From: Octopus sinensis
Lineage: Eukaryota
NCBI RefSeq assembly: GCF_006345805.1
Contig: NC_043003.1
Location: 36,394,001 to 36,458,000 of the forward strand
DNA length: 64,000 nt
Direction: 5' to 3'
Shown: one piece after another, positions 26,128 through 39,573 of the stretch
Numbering within the stretch: the first letter of the stretch is position 1
Layout: every line of letters begins with the position of its first letter
The notes under the pieces: generated by a model
Seen by the model: the letters and a program-made list of their open reading frames with translations, nothing else
Told to the model about the DNA's origin: nothing
The model's database searches: none
Program-made: the position numbers and the translations under genes

Positions 26128-26439
26128 TTCTTGTTTTCGCCCTTTTCAAGCCAAGCCAGGCTCATGGGCCCGGTTTCTCGGTTTCTATGGCGTATATGTT
26201 TCCTCCAGCTGGACAGGACGCCAGTCCATCGCAGCGTTACTCAAGACACAGGAAGAAAGAGTGAGAGAAAGTTGAGGCGAAAGAGTACAACAGGGGTCGC
26301 CACCACCTACTGCCGGCGCCTCGTGGAGCTTTAGGTGTTTTCGCTCAATAAACACACACAACGCCCGGTCTGGGGATCGTAACCGCGATTCTCCAACTGC
26401 AAGTCTGCTGCTCTAACCACTAGGCCATTGCGATTCCAC
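26128..26439 (-). mobile_element. tRNA-derived SINE (same family as 1511-1814)
   Basis: A box TGGCCTAGTGG, degenerate B box GGTTACGATCC, Meta-like 3' domain; perfect 14-bp TSD GAGTTTTGAAGCAT (26114-26127 / 26440-26453). Confidence 0.92.
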
Positions 26440-26664
26440 GAGTTTTGAAGCATAGTAACAAAGAAACGAATCGAAGAATTGTCGGGAAGAATTTTCACTG
26501 AAAAGCTTTAAATATGTTCACGCACTTTTAGACAGTACTCACATTTTTTGTACTTTAGCACTGAGAAACAGAAGAAAGCTCCCTCAGAGTACATTAAACA
26601 GGGTGCTGCTTCAGTTACTAGCATTGATGTTACTACAGTAATGACAATTAAGACGACGACGACA

Positions 26665-26700
26665 GTGATGATGGTGATGATGATGGTGATGATGGTGATG

Positions 26701-26732
<32 letters not shown>

Positions 26733-26758
26733 GGTGATGATGATGATGATGATGATGG
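26665..26758. repeat. (GAT/GGT)n microsatellite
   Basis: Directly visible; source of the poly-His and poly-Met ORFs. Confidence 0.97.
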
Positions 26759-28698
26759 TTTGTTAAAAAACAGGAAGTTAAATAATTCTTAACCAAAAAA
26801 CAGTCAACCCATTTAGACATACAAAGGGAAGCCTGCATTTGCTTTCATCAGAGCAACGATAGGTGTGATTACGGACATTTTTGTAATCTATCCCTGAGGC
26901 GTTAATTACTTTAAAAAATCACCTTCTTCCCTTAGGTTTTCTTGCCTGAGGAATGGTAAGAATGTTCTTTCTGATTGATGACATGTACAAATCACACCAA
27001 AATTACCAAACTACTTTAGTCGACTCAGATTTTTGCTGATTCAGTTTGGGACCGGTAAACTCAATGATTTGTGTAATTCGGTATTTCTGTTGCTCTTTCG
27101 GGATTTCTTGGGAGAAAATACTTAAACAGGCTTTACCATCATTTAGCTGTTTTAAGTCTTCCTTCTCATTGCCATCTACCTGACAAAGCCCTGCTATTCT
27201 TTAGTGGTCTTCCACTTTTATGCCTTGTGTCTCCATGTTGATATCGCTTGAACATGCTTGCACTATCTACCTGCAAATATTTAGCAACGAAAGTGTCTAC
27301 TAACGCACACGTTCCTTATCAAACATTCATTCTACTTCCTTTGTGTAACGTACATAGCTGAATCTCCCAGAATCTTCCAATAAAACGGACGAAGCACTTG
27401 CCTCCCTAGTTTTCCAATCCTCTGGATAACTTATAATCGACTGTCTCGTACAATATATGTCTATTTGCATACTTTGTCTCCCCTTTTAGATGAGTTGATA
27501 TGCTGGGGAGATTTTTCCACTGTCCATGATAAAGTGCTACTCCTAAATTTTCTGTATTCTATATCCTCCACTTTGCCCAAACTTTGGTGGGATAATACAG
27601 GCTGCGATCGTGTGGCAAGATACCAGCCGTCTACTTCTGATAGAGATTTTGACTCTCATTTGACCTGCAATAGGTAGGATTTCAAATAAAACTGCTTCTG
27701 TGTGATGTTTCGTCGTGGGTTTTCTGCTTATACGCACCACTCTTTTGACGTCACTTCCTTTCCAAGCTGTTACATACTTCCTCTCACTCGTGTAATAACT
27801 GTCGTTTCTGTCCTGTACCACGATTAGTACTACTTTTATATCTCTGTCCACGATGGTGCACCTCTCCCACAATACTTGGTCATGTTCCTGGGCCAGTAAA
27901 CCTTGGATAAACATGCACATTTCTTATTCAGACAACAAATCTTTTCTAGTGACTTCGGCACATATCGATTTTAGCAATGCATGTGACGGCCCAATACCAG
28001 GGATACGCCAAGAAACACTTGGGTTAATAAAATAAGTAATATGTCCCTGGGACCCTTATAAGGTTTCCAACACTAAGAACACCTGCACGGAGAAAAATTT
28101 GATGATGACTATAGTATTTATGTCAAAAGATCTGAGACCTATATTCCAAAGTTTGTTATACTCTTCAAATCTGAAACAGTCCTAAAATACATAACGATAT
28201 ATTCGTGTGTATTCATTTTTAAAAGAACATGTGGAAGATAAATAAAGAAATAAGATAACGTAATCCGACCTAGCTGATATATTTTCACTCGTGTGGAGCT
28301 ATGTTACCATAGTCATTTTCTATATTCTCTTGCTCTCGTCCATATATATTTGCGCCCACATCTGAAAAAGATCTGTAAAAATCAAACTTTTCCGGTGTTT
28401 TCACTCTATCCTCACTCTTGACGTTGAAGCACGCTATAAAAACAACAATATTCACATATCGGCTAGGACTTCCTTTAACTGAATTTTGGAAAGTAGATTG
28501 GAAGTCCCTCCAAATTCCCCCTTTGACACCGCTTCCATAAATTCATCAAAGAAGTAGGCAAACCTTTTGTCGCACATTTCTCTCACAATATTTTTTTCGG
28601 AGAGCTGGATTAGCTTTAACATATTGTTTTACCCCGTCCCCTTCCCTCTACTTCACTCTCTATATTTCCATTTTAATCTCTGTCTCTCTGTCTGTCTA

Positions 28699-28745
<47 letters not shown>

Positions 28746-31449
28746 TGTCTTTCTCAGTCTCTCTAAAAACACTAGTAAATCTGATATTAGTGCTGTCTTC
28801 GTTGTAAAACGTTTGACCGCCATCAAATTATGTTTACAAATGTGTTTGTAGAAGTATCACTCTTTTCTGTGTAATTTTCCAGTGTTTATCTAAAATTGTG
28901 ACGAAAAAAAATTAAAAAGTATAAGTACAAAACATAAACTAACATTACCACAACTATATGCAACATGTCCACAAGATATGAAAATGAAAAAATAATTCAA
29001 TTCTAGTCCGATAATTTTTTTTACAAAAACACAGGTCTTTGAAGACACATATATCGAAAGAAACACCAATAATAGTAATGATGTTGAAGATAATGGTAAT
29101 GATGATAATGATAATAATAATGAAAATAAGAAGAAAAAGAACCACAACAACAACAACGAAATGATGATGATGATGATGATGATGATGATGGTGATGATTG
29201 TTTTTTTCTTAACCACGATAGCTCAAAAAGATGCAAGTACAACGTAATTTGGAAGATAATGATGTTTACAATGCGTCTAGGGCTGGACAAACAAATTCAT
29301 AAGAAAATATGCGAATAGGGGTGATGCCATTATACAATAGATGAAGGAAAAATTTAATAGAGCATGAAATAAATATTACATAAATATAAAACATAAGGTT
29401 TGAAACAATGTATAAAGACATACGAATATAAAACGTTTACGACTACCCACTACATATTGATGCGTAGCGGCTAGTTAGGTTGCAGAAGACTCAACCCTTC
29501 TGCAGCTCTTCGTACTGAGTAGTGATGCCACTAACTGCTATGCAGCTTTTGTGTTGGTCTAGTTACAAAAATCCCAACGTCATTGAGTACACGTTCATTA
29601 TAATGATGGTTTTCTGCAGATGAGTTCTATGGAAAAACATCGTGATAAAAATAAATTTCGAGCGTATTTGTATATCACACATGTTGGTAGATCGTCTTCT
29701 GAGAATAATTCAAAGTCGAATGATTAGTTTGCCTGTACAGATATGCCCATCACCTCTCCACTATTGTTTGTGACAACTATGTGACCCAATACTTTGTAAT
29801 TCCGTGGGTACTTCCCTTCTTGTAGCGTTTTGTTTTGTTACGCTTTATTTTTGTTGGGGTGAGGCATTTTCCTTGCTCGATCCACAAACTCTCTTGTAGA
29901 GATTGGAAGTTTTGTTTAGCCTTCATCTCCATTTTGGCAAAAAAACAATGCAGTGACATTCTTAGTTCCTACAGTTGAGGAACAAATTGCAGGTCATAAT
30001 GAAGCGCAAACGTCTCATGAGAAATTGCCATCAATCTTGCCTCATCCTAACCGCGTGTTACTTCCCTCCAACCCTTCGCTTACGACCCACGCTTATTGCG
30101 ACACAAAATGGACACTCAGCCATGGATAAACATCGTTTCTATGTCTCTAATACTCACACGTGACCCAAATTCTGTCTAATTCTCAACCTTGTCCCAAATA
30201 CTGTCCGAAATTCAGCCCCCAAATACTGCCCCGCTTCCTCAATACTAAGGTGCAACTATTGGTAAGGAAGTATGTTTCACTGATCTATCATATTTTTGTT
30301 GGGTTCTCAAATCTTAATTTACTTGAAAATAAACAATATGCCGTACCAGTCTTAATCGAGACTATATTTCCCAATATTTTCTTATTATCTCCAGGGGAAT
30401 TTATTAGCCGCCGTCATATAGAAAATATAAACGCTCAATCGGACCTCTCTTGCATTAGATCTTACAGCAAAGAACAATGCACTTTTACGAAATTTTTCCA
30501 GTTAAGCCTGTCAACTCCAAACTTAATTTACAATCCATGAAAATAAGCAGGATAAATAACTTGGTGAGAACCCGGGTGACAACGCTGATGGAAATGCATC
30601 CAAATAAGCAGGATAAATAAATATTTCTAGGGTGATAAATAACTATTACTTAATAACTATTAACCAAATATAGCTGCAAATGTCATTGGAACCCAACTGG
30701 ACAATAAAGACTTCTGCATCCACTTGCGCAGGCTTCTTGAACTACGTGTAGACCATGAGTGTGTTCATTATCAGAATACAATCTTCTGCAAGCTCATGGT
30801 ACTAATAATCCTGCTTGACGTCCATGAATATGAGTAAAATATTAGTTATATTGTCCTCCAAATCAAATACCAAATACGTCGCTCCGTGTTTAGCCTCAGG
30901 TAAAACTTCAGTTAATTTTAGGGGGCTGGTTCGTCTTCTTTTACCTAGCCCCACATTATCGATATATTCTTTTACATCACCCTGTCCCTTTGATCAAAAG
31001 TAAGACGTACTGGATTGATGTTTGATAGCAAAAATTACATTTACTAGATTTTTAAATGCATTCATTTATTGCATGTTGTAGATAATCAGATGTCATACAT
31101 ACACACACACACACATACACACGCACACACACACACACAAACATGAAGCATCAATTTGACATTTCTTAATTTCATCTGTGATACAGGATTCTGCGTTCGA
31201 GAATCGATGACCACAATTTATATATATAATTTATAAGGAGTCCTTGAGCATACAATACGCGTTCTCAGACAGGATCGATATAATATTTCCGTTCGTCAGT
31301 CTCGACCATGTACTATTAATTTTGTAGAATCTACACCGTTCTGTTACTACTTTGTTGATCAGTAATTTTTCTGCACACACATACAAACATTTAGTGTATC
31401 CCTACTGCACTTGTAGAAACTAGTTGCCTCATTCATTCTACTAGTTGAA

Positions 31450-31872
31450 TATTTATTCTCTGTAGCGACATTGCAATCAAAGCTTTTCAACAAGACAGGT
31501 GAACATCTGCAGTTCTTGGTGTTCTCAGTGAGAATTCTGCTCCTTGAGCATTTAATATAATAGTCTCCAACAACTTGCGAGCCCTTGTTACAATAACTAA
31601 TATCTTATATTCTACAGTCTTCCAGGTTGTGTATTCTGAACATCAGTAGTACACTTAACGTTTCATTGGCTTCTTACTGTTTCTCAGATGCTGCGTTTGC
31701 TGACTTGAACATTCATCTCCATAGTTATCAAAGCACAGTTTAAACTACTCATCAGCATTGTTTCTTATAACATTTTTGCTGTTAGCGTCACGCTGATTCC
31801 TATTATAATTTTTACAGGCTCTTGATAAAATCCTTTCGTGTTAGAGCTGAACTGCATGTGTCGTTCACATAA
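31450..31872 (-). mobile_element. very decayed RTE-like LINE RT fragment
   Basis: Minus strand YVNDTCSSAL (YADD-like) followed by SRACKII and SKRS-like remnants; many indels. Confidence 0.35.
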
Positions 31873-31966
31873 TTGTTATTGCTCTCCAGGCGTATAGAAT
31901 ATTCACATATTATTATTATTATCATCATCAACATCATCACCACCATCATCATCGTTATTATCATTA

Positions 31967-32332
31967 TTACCTCCGCCTTAGCGGAGGCGCAGATATTGTT
32001 TTCAATCGTGTTTGTTTATTTGTTTGACCTTGGACAAGATATCTCAAGAGACGCTGGATGGATGCGGGTGAGACTTTCAGAGATGTTTGGCCTCATGACT
32101 GGCAAGGACTGATTAGATTTTGGGATCGATCTTATACCAGGTAAGGATTCTAGATTACGTTTCCTGTTTTTTCACTTAAATTTTGAGAGCGGTCGGGTTC
32201 GATTTTAATATTCTAGTTTGTGAGAGCAATCGAGTTTATTTCAGATGTTCTCACTTTAAAAATCATCTCTGCGTTATCGTTGAGAGTACATTGGTGTTGC
32301 CCTGGTGGATGTTTGCTCTCTCTGAGTGCTCT
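31967..32332 (+). mobile_element. non-autonomous Helentron-associated element (HINE/DINE-1-like)
   Basis: 5' TTACCTCCGCCTTAGCGGAGG (subTIR plus nearby inverted copy), then a (GTTT)n tract, then 3' GGTGGATGT (decayed subTIR complement) and a small hairpin-like GCTCTCTCTGAGTGC before a T run. Confidence 0.75.
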
Positions 32333-32347
32333 TTTTCTTGTTGTTGC

Positions 32348-32820
<473 letters not shown>

Positions 32821-32849
32821 TATTATTGTTATTTTTTTATACATATTAT

Positions 32850-33402
32850 ATGTTTGACTTTTACTTTGTATTTGTAGTTGACCCCAACTCTCACCCAGGA
32901 ACCTCAAGAGACAAGTTAGAAGTTCACGTTGGTGTTATGCCTAGGGTGTCATATATTTGGTTTTGCACATAGTATTGTAAGTTCGTATTATAAGTTCGTT
33001 TTAAAATTTGAGATTACATCGACAGTATATTACATAGGACATGGGCAGTTCCCATGAGCACTGTCTTTTAAATTTCTGCTATTTTGGAGTTCCTTGGTAT
33101 CTGGGCTAGGTAGCAATCGGCCCCTTTTGCTATCATTCCTAGGCACCTAAGACAATGGGTATTGTATTAGTCTTCAGGTTCCACATTTTGCTATTTTGTA
33201 TTTCAAGATCTTTATACTTGCTCTGTTTTTGTAGGTCTTGACAGATACGTTTATGTCGATTGGGACAGCCATATCAATGAGGAGGCATGATTTTTGTCTG
33301 AAGTCTTTCAATATAATGTCTGGCCTATTTGCATTTATCTTCCTGTCACTTTGAATGGTGAAGTTCCAGAGGAGTGAGATGTGATCATTTTCTAGCACTG
33401 GA
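32850..33402 (-). mobile_element. second R4/Dong-clade LINE 3' end (RLE domain), different subfamily
   Basis: LENDHISLLWNFTIQSDRKINANRPDIILKDFRQKSCLLIDMAVP~KYKDLEIQNSKMWNLKTNTIPIVLGA...KTVLMGTAHVL (RPD...D..VP...KY RLE signature). Confidence 0.92.
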
Positions 33403-33486
33403 GTTTAGATTTATTTTTGAATAGAGAGCTCGGTGTAGTACGTCTATGATGTTATTTAAGACGTAGCTCATTATTATTATTATTAT

Positions 33487-34030
33487 TGAGTGAGAGAGCA
33501 ATGCATGCCATCAACCTGACACTGGGGTACAAATATACGAAGCCCAGTATACCCATCATGACTACCCGTCTGATAAGGGTACACCAGGCACATGCATCAC
33601 AACCATATGTGCGCGACATGGTGAGCTCATAACAAGATAAACAGCGGGTGGGGCCCAGTTAGAATTTTCTTCTGGTTGGGTAACCCATCCCACTCAAAAG
33701 GTCCCTGATTAAGGGTTGTTTAGGGATGTTGAATGAAACACCCATGTTTCCAGAGGTGAATCATTCAAACCCCAAAGAATCCCTCTCAACACATGGCTAT
33801 GATGCTCCCCCACTACTTCTGCTCGTGATCAGAGATGCACATATCGTCAGCCACTAAGGGACATACTCAACTGGTTACGGTCAGACAACTGACAAGCAAA
33901 TCTGTGGTATTGAGCAGAATATTTGCTGTAGCCCATCTTTTATACCAAGACAAAACAATGTACATGATAAAACTTCCAGTCAGTAAAGATCAGAAGCCAT
34001 GAGAGCCGCTGCCTGGTACTGCATCAGGGC

Positions 34031-34031
<1 letters not shown>
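33487..34031. mobile_element. unclassified 545-bp interspersed element embedded in (TTA)n
   Basis: Sharp boundaries, (TTA)n on both sides, GC-richer than flanks, no long ORF, no Pol III boxes, TG...CA ends. Confidence 0.65.
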
Positions 34032-34090
<59 letters not shown>

Positions 34091-34092
34091 CG

Positions 34093-34139
<47 letters not shown>

Positions 34140-34142
34140 ATT
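34032..34142. repeat. (TTA)n-(GTT)n microsatellite
   Basis: Directly visible. Confidence 0.97.
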
Positions 34143-34635
34143 AGTACCTTGTTTCAGTTTTGCTTCCACTTCTTGCCTTGTGTCTTCCCAACAGCTTGGG
34201 AAAAGAAACCCACTGTAAGCTATTAAAATAAACTCACTAGATCATACAATTAACAAAAGTCATGTGATAGAAAAAATCCTTATAGTTATTGTTGTTGTGA
34301 TTATTATTGATAGCAGTACCGCAATTTTTTAAACCCGAAGAGGATATTACCTCTAACTGGTTAACGATGCACAGCTGCGTCCGATAAAATTGAGTGACTG
34401 AGAGCAAGCCCCTACCATCACCTAGCGAATGGAGCAGTCGTGGTTTTGGGCTATTCCTGCTATTCCTCAGTACTGGACATCTCGTCAGCCAGAGATGATA
34501 GCAGCTCGTCTATGCATGCAATATATATATTTCAAGCAAACACAGTCGCTGATTTTGGAACAGGCAAAAATAAAATGGTAGTTCTAAAATCCCGCTAAGA
34601 GATCAACGCATTAGTGGTACTGAGAAGTAAATTCA

Positions 34636-34724
<89 letters not shown>

Positions 34725-35393
34725 AAAGAGTGCAGGGGATACTTCCTCAGGCCACATAAAGTGGTTCAGTGCTATAAGATATCCATTTCGCTGATGCGTG
34801 TGTCATCAAACCACAGTTCGAACCACTCATCAGCATTAGATTACATATAGATACATATACATGTATGTATACATACACATATATACGGACATAATTTTTT
34901 ATACATATATATATTTATATATATGTATTTATATATATATAATATATATGTGCGTGTGTGTGTTTGTATATATGCATATATACGTGTGTGTGTGTCTATA
35001 CATTGGTATATGTTTTTCCATCTCTTGGTTTTGGGACTACATTATGCTTTAATTCCCAAATCAATCATTGAGTATGCAAGGGGAAAAAAAGCATCCTTTG
35101 AAAGTGTTATCATTGACGGATTTACAAATAAAACAGAAATGGCTATATAGACTTTAGAAGAATAAAAAATAAATGCTTAGGTCGCAACAATAAAGAAATG
35201 AGAAGGGGTTGAGCAACATGGACTTACTATCATACTGAGCATCACATAAATATTAGAACTGTTCTGTTGACAGATTGTCCCATAAACAGTATGTACATAA
35301 ATATACACAGTCATGTATGTATGTATGGTATTATATTATATATGTATTTTATGGGTAATTCTGTAAGTATGCATTTCTGATTTCGATAGTTGT

Positions 35394-35433
<40 letters not shown>

Positions 35434-36469
35434 ATATAGGGCATGTATGTATGCATGTGTAGTATATGTATATGTATATGTATAGGTGTATTTGTATGTT
35501 TGTATGCATGCATCTCTCAGGAGACAGATAGAACACATACAGAAGAATGCCTGTATATGGATAGTTTATATATACTTTATGTGTCAACGTGTTATCCTTG
35601 TCAAATATGTCGGTTATTATGCATATGTTACAATAAGGAAGTTTATATTTAGACATATATAGCGCGATATATATACGTCCACATACACATGCACGCACCC
35701 ACCTCACACATATCTATGTCATTGTGTAAATATATCGATATATGCATATCTGTATGCATGTTTCCCCTCATTAGGAATATATGCGTATGTGCATGAGCGT
35801 AAAATGATAGGAACCTAAGAACATTTATAGATGTATTCTCATATCACATTCATAGAATTGTTTATTCACATATCATCATTCGTATTGCTAACATATTTGA
35901 ACAGAAATAAAGGGAAAGTTTACGAGAATATAATGTCGTAAACCTTTTCACTTTACGCCTTGTATCGGGGGGGGGGGGCTAGCGTTAGCTGAAGTCGAAA
36001 ATTCGCATCTTATTTCCATACTGTGTTCGAGTCAGCTTCCTAACAGCCCATCATCCCTGAATTACCTAAACTTAGCACTCAATTGTATATCTATTTAACC
36101 AAGAACAAGCTAATAGTTTACCCATAACATTCTGGTAATGCCAAAGAAGTAGAGGAATTTCTGTAATCCGCTGCCAGTTTGATAAAATCTTTCTTCTAGC
36201 TTCGCGTACAATTGTCCCATATCCGTGAGATGCACACCATAATCCGGCATTGAAAGAAATCTCGGCCCATATTTTATTGTATCAAATTACTACAATCAGT
36301 ATCGAACTTATTAAACATACATTCATACATACATACATACATACATACATACATACATACATACATGCATGCATACATACACACATACATACATGCATAT
36401 ATACATATACACATACAAATGTACGTACGTACATACACACATACACACACGCGCGCATCTTTTACATGC

Positions 36470-36618
36470 ATCAGTCAGTTGACTGTGGCCATGCTGGAGC
36501 AATGTCTTAAAGTGATTTTTCGGCGAAGAAATGGACGCCATGACTTATTCCTTGCCGAACCGCTAAGTTACGGTGACATAAATATCCACTATCGGTGGCC
36601 AAGCGATGATGGGGGAAC
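36470..36618 (-). mobile_element. SINE 3' half (60315 family)
   Basis: TCAGTCAGTTGACTGTGGCCATGCTGGAGCA...TGCCGAACCGCTAAGTTACGG...CAAGCGATGATGGGGG. Confidence 0.8.
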
Positions 36619-36680
<62 letters not shown>

Positions 36681-36720
36681 GGAGAGAGAGAGAGAGAGAC
36701 TTAGGCAGTTAGATAGATGG

Positions 36721-36777
<57 letters not shown>

Positions 36778-39079
36778 GAGTTATACATCGTTTAAAGTGT
36801 TAAGCTAACAATACAATATCTGTTAAAACTTCGTCCTGTGCAGCCTTTTCCTTCGTATGCACAGTTTTCATAAATTATATGTATATGCGTGTGGGTAACG
36901 GAAGTATAAATGCATGAGTACATGAATGGAGAACGAATGTTTGTGAGTAAGACTTACAAATTCGTTGATTGCTGATTTAGCCACCCAGACACAATCTATA
37001 CAGAGGCGAAAGTTTAGCGCTAGTAATCAATCACTTAGTTTAGAACTCTTGGTTATTTATCTGAAGTTACTCCTACAGAATGGACTGAGATTATAGACTC
37101 GTTTTCTACGACTCTAAGATGCTGTCTTCACCATATTTGTTCTCCGTGTTCGTTTAATTATTTTTGTTTTCTTTGTTATTACTAATGATATACTCATAGG
37201 CAACATATGCATCAAAAGTATATGTATCCACCAACACACACATAGAAATATTATTTTGTTGTACTTCTTATGAATATGTTTAAATTTTAAAGGTTAAATT
37301 TAGAAAAGTGCTACTAAATAAATTACGCTTGTTGAATAACTTCCCAATGAGAAAATCTAAATGCCACCGCCAAATACAGCATTCAAGGTGAAATAATTGA
37401 ATTTCTATTTACATAATTTACAAAGAGAATTCTATCCTCCTTTTGCTTATGCATGTATTCAGTTTCTTTTTCTATTTTGTTTAAATGTTAGACTGAGACG
37501 ATAAAAGGAAGCAGAATTAAAATCGCACCGCCTTTCCTCTTCTCTTGATAGGGAGATTTTTCAACAATGTATCACTTGACAAGTTACAGTTTCTATCTTA
37601 ATGGCGACATACGTAAGACAAATTAGTAAAAAAAAAATATAGATTATGACAATATGAAAATGCCAACTGAAAATGTTGATTTACTTTCCCTAGTCACAAA
37701 CTCCGATATTTGCGTTGCAGGTATGTAGCTGATTGAGGGAGATATTTTTTGAAAGCAATATGAAATGCATATGAAAGTTTGAACCGTTGTTTACTCATGA
37801 ACGTCACACATGGCATCGATAAAATTTAAACACAGAGCATAGATAGAAGAGACAAATACTGTAATCTACTATTTTGGCATTTCACTGTGTCCGCACAAAT
37901 AAAGGTACGTGCTTTCTTTTTCTTCTGTACCAGAATCTATTGTAGTATAATGCAGGAAGCAAATTTATTCCACATTGGAATGGAAATCGACTTACACACT
38001 AGGTTTACATGGAACTGGACTATTTTCCTACCGTGTTCGCCATTATTGGCAAAAGGAGCTGATAATTACTGCAAGAACCAGTGCAGTGACAGTTATGAGA
38101 ACAACGGAAACAACTACAATAATAACAATAACAAGAAATGCAATTACAATCTCAAAAAAAAAGATAACTGGGCCAATTATCGTAGTTTCATGCAGTTGCA
38201 TGCTATGTGATCAAGTTGATCGACATATTGCTACTGTTCGGTGGATTGGTTCGGCATACAATTTCCTTAAATCACTGTGTAGAGGGTAATAGGTGCGTTA
38301 GCGTTAGAACGTTGAGGAGGTGAGAAAATCGGTGTTATATTATGGGAGATAGAATCAACTATTCTTTTTTTTTCTTTTCTTATTTTATATGCTTCACGTG
38401 TCAAACTATCGGAATAATACAAGTAATGCAACATAATTTTAATGAATGGGTTGAGATATCCAACGTTAGTTACATGTATGATGTGATAAGACTATCCCAA
38501 TGTTTGAATTGACAAAGATGTTGTAGAAATAGATTGAGGTGATAATATTGTAGAGTTGTGTATGTAGATTTTATATAACAATGCAGTGCGTTAGATTTCG
38601 TTTCTGAATAAGTAGATTTAATTCAATTGTATTTTAGCAAGAGGAATGTAAATTGGATCAAGGTGATAACCGCTGTGGTACAAGTGACAGGATCTTTAAA
38701 ATAGGAGAATGTTTCGATTATCTTTTGCAAATATAATCTGTAACCTGCGCCTTATTTTCCCCATGCATTGTAACTTGTTCTACTTAGATATATGTAAGAG
38801 AGGAATGCTAACTCAAGCATCTAGGCAAGCGTTTCTAAGTGTTTCGCTGTATGTAGAATATACACCGCTCTAAAAGTAATTTACTTAAATATTTATACGT
38901 GAATATCTTTCTTTTTACTCTATGGTCATAGAGGCTCGATTGTGTGTATGTGTGTGTGTGTGCCTGCATGTGTGTGTGTCTGCATGTGTGTGTGTGTGTG
39001 TGTGTGTGCATGCATGTGTGTGAGCGTTTGTGCGTGTGCATGTCAATGTCTGTGAATTTAAGTAGATATCTGTATGAAT

Positions 39080-39218
39080 CAAGGCGGTAGATTTCGAAAA
39101 TTTGGCGAGGTTTACTTTGTTTTTCATCGTTTCAGGATCGCTAAAGTAAATACTGAGTATTGGAGTCGATTACATCGACTCATTCCTCTCCCGAAATTGT
39201 GCCAAAACTTGAAACCAC
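39080..39218 (+). mobile_element. Nin/Deu-type SINE, internally deleted
   Basis: AAGGCGG...GCGAGGTTTACTTTG...TTTCATCGTTTCAGGATCG...GTCGATTACATCGACT...TTGTGCCAAAACTTGAAACCA. Confidence 0.75.
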
Positions 39219-39331
39219 TATCTGTATGAAGCTGTGTTAAAACAACTGGATTAAAATGAACGAGTAATGATGTTTTACCATTCGTCCTATTTTTTCTGGA
39301 CAGCCATGTTAGCTTGGCGATAACTATAAAA

Positions 39332-39371
<40 letters not shown>

Positions 39372-39573
39372 AATAATGGTACAAATTGATATTAATTTAA
39401 TATCAATTTAAAACAATGGCCTAGCATACTGAAAATATCTAAAGATTCAGAAAATTATATTACATGCCTATAAGAGCAATGACCATTAGGTGAGTTCCTA
39501 ATATGCTAAAGGTAGACCACATATGGTCTGACCACTAAGAAAGATTGTTCTCAAGGAATTTCGAATATATATA

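Noticed and set aside
27100-28100. Possible LINE RT remnants (HIDFSNACD on plus; LKQLNDGKA on minus)
   Set aside because: The motifs are on opposite strands and too degenerate to delimit an element.
30541-30620. Repeat-spacer-repeat resembling CRISPR
   Set aside because: Only two repeats, eukaryotic context and no cas genes; a TSD explains it.
37887-38289. Overlapping ORFs of 107 and 104 aa, and a 52-aa hydrophobic antisense ORF
   Set aside because: Driven by a decayed (AAC/AAT)n tract; no family resemblance or consistent exon structure.
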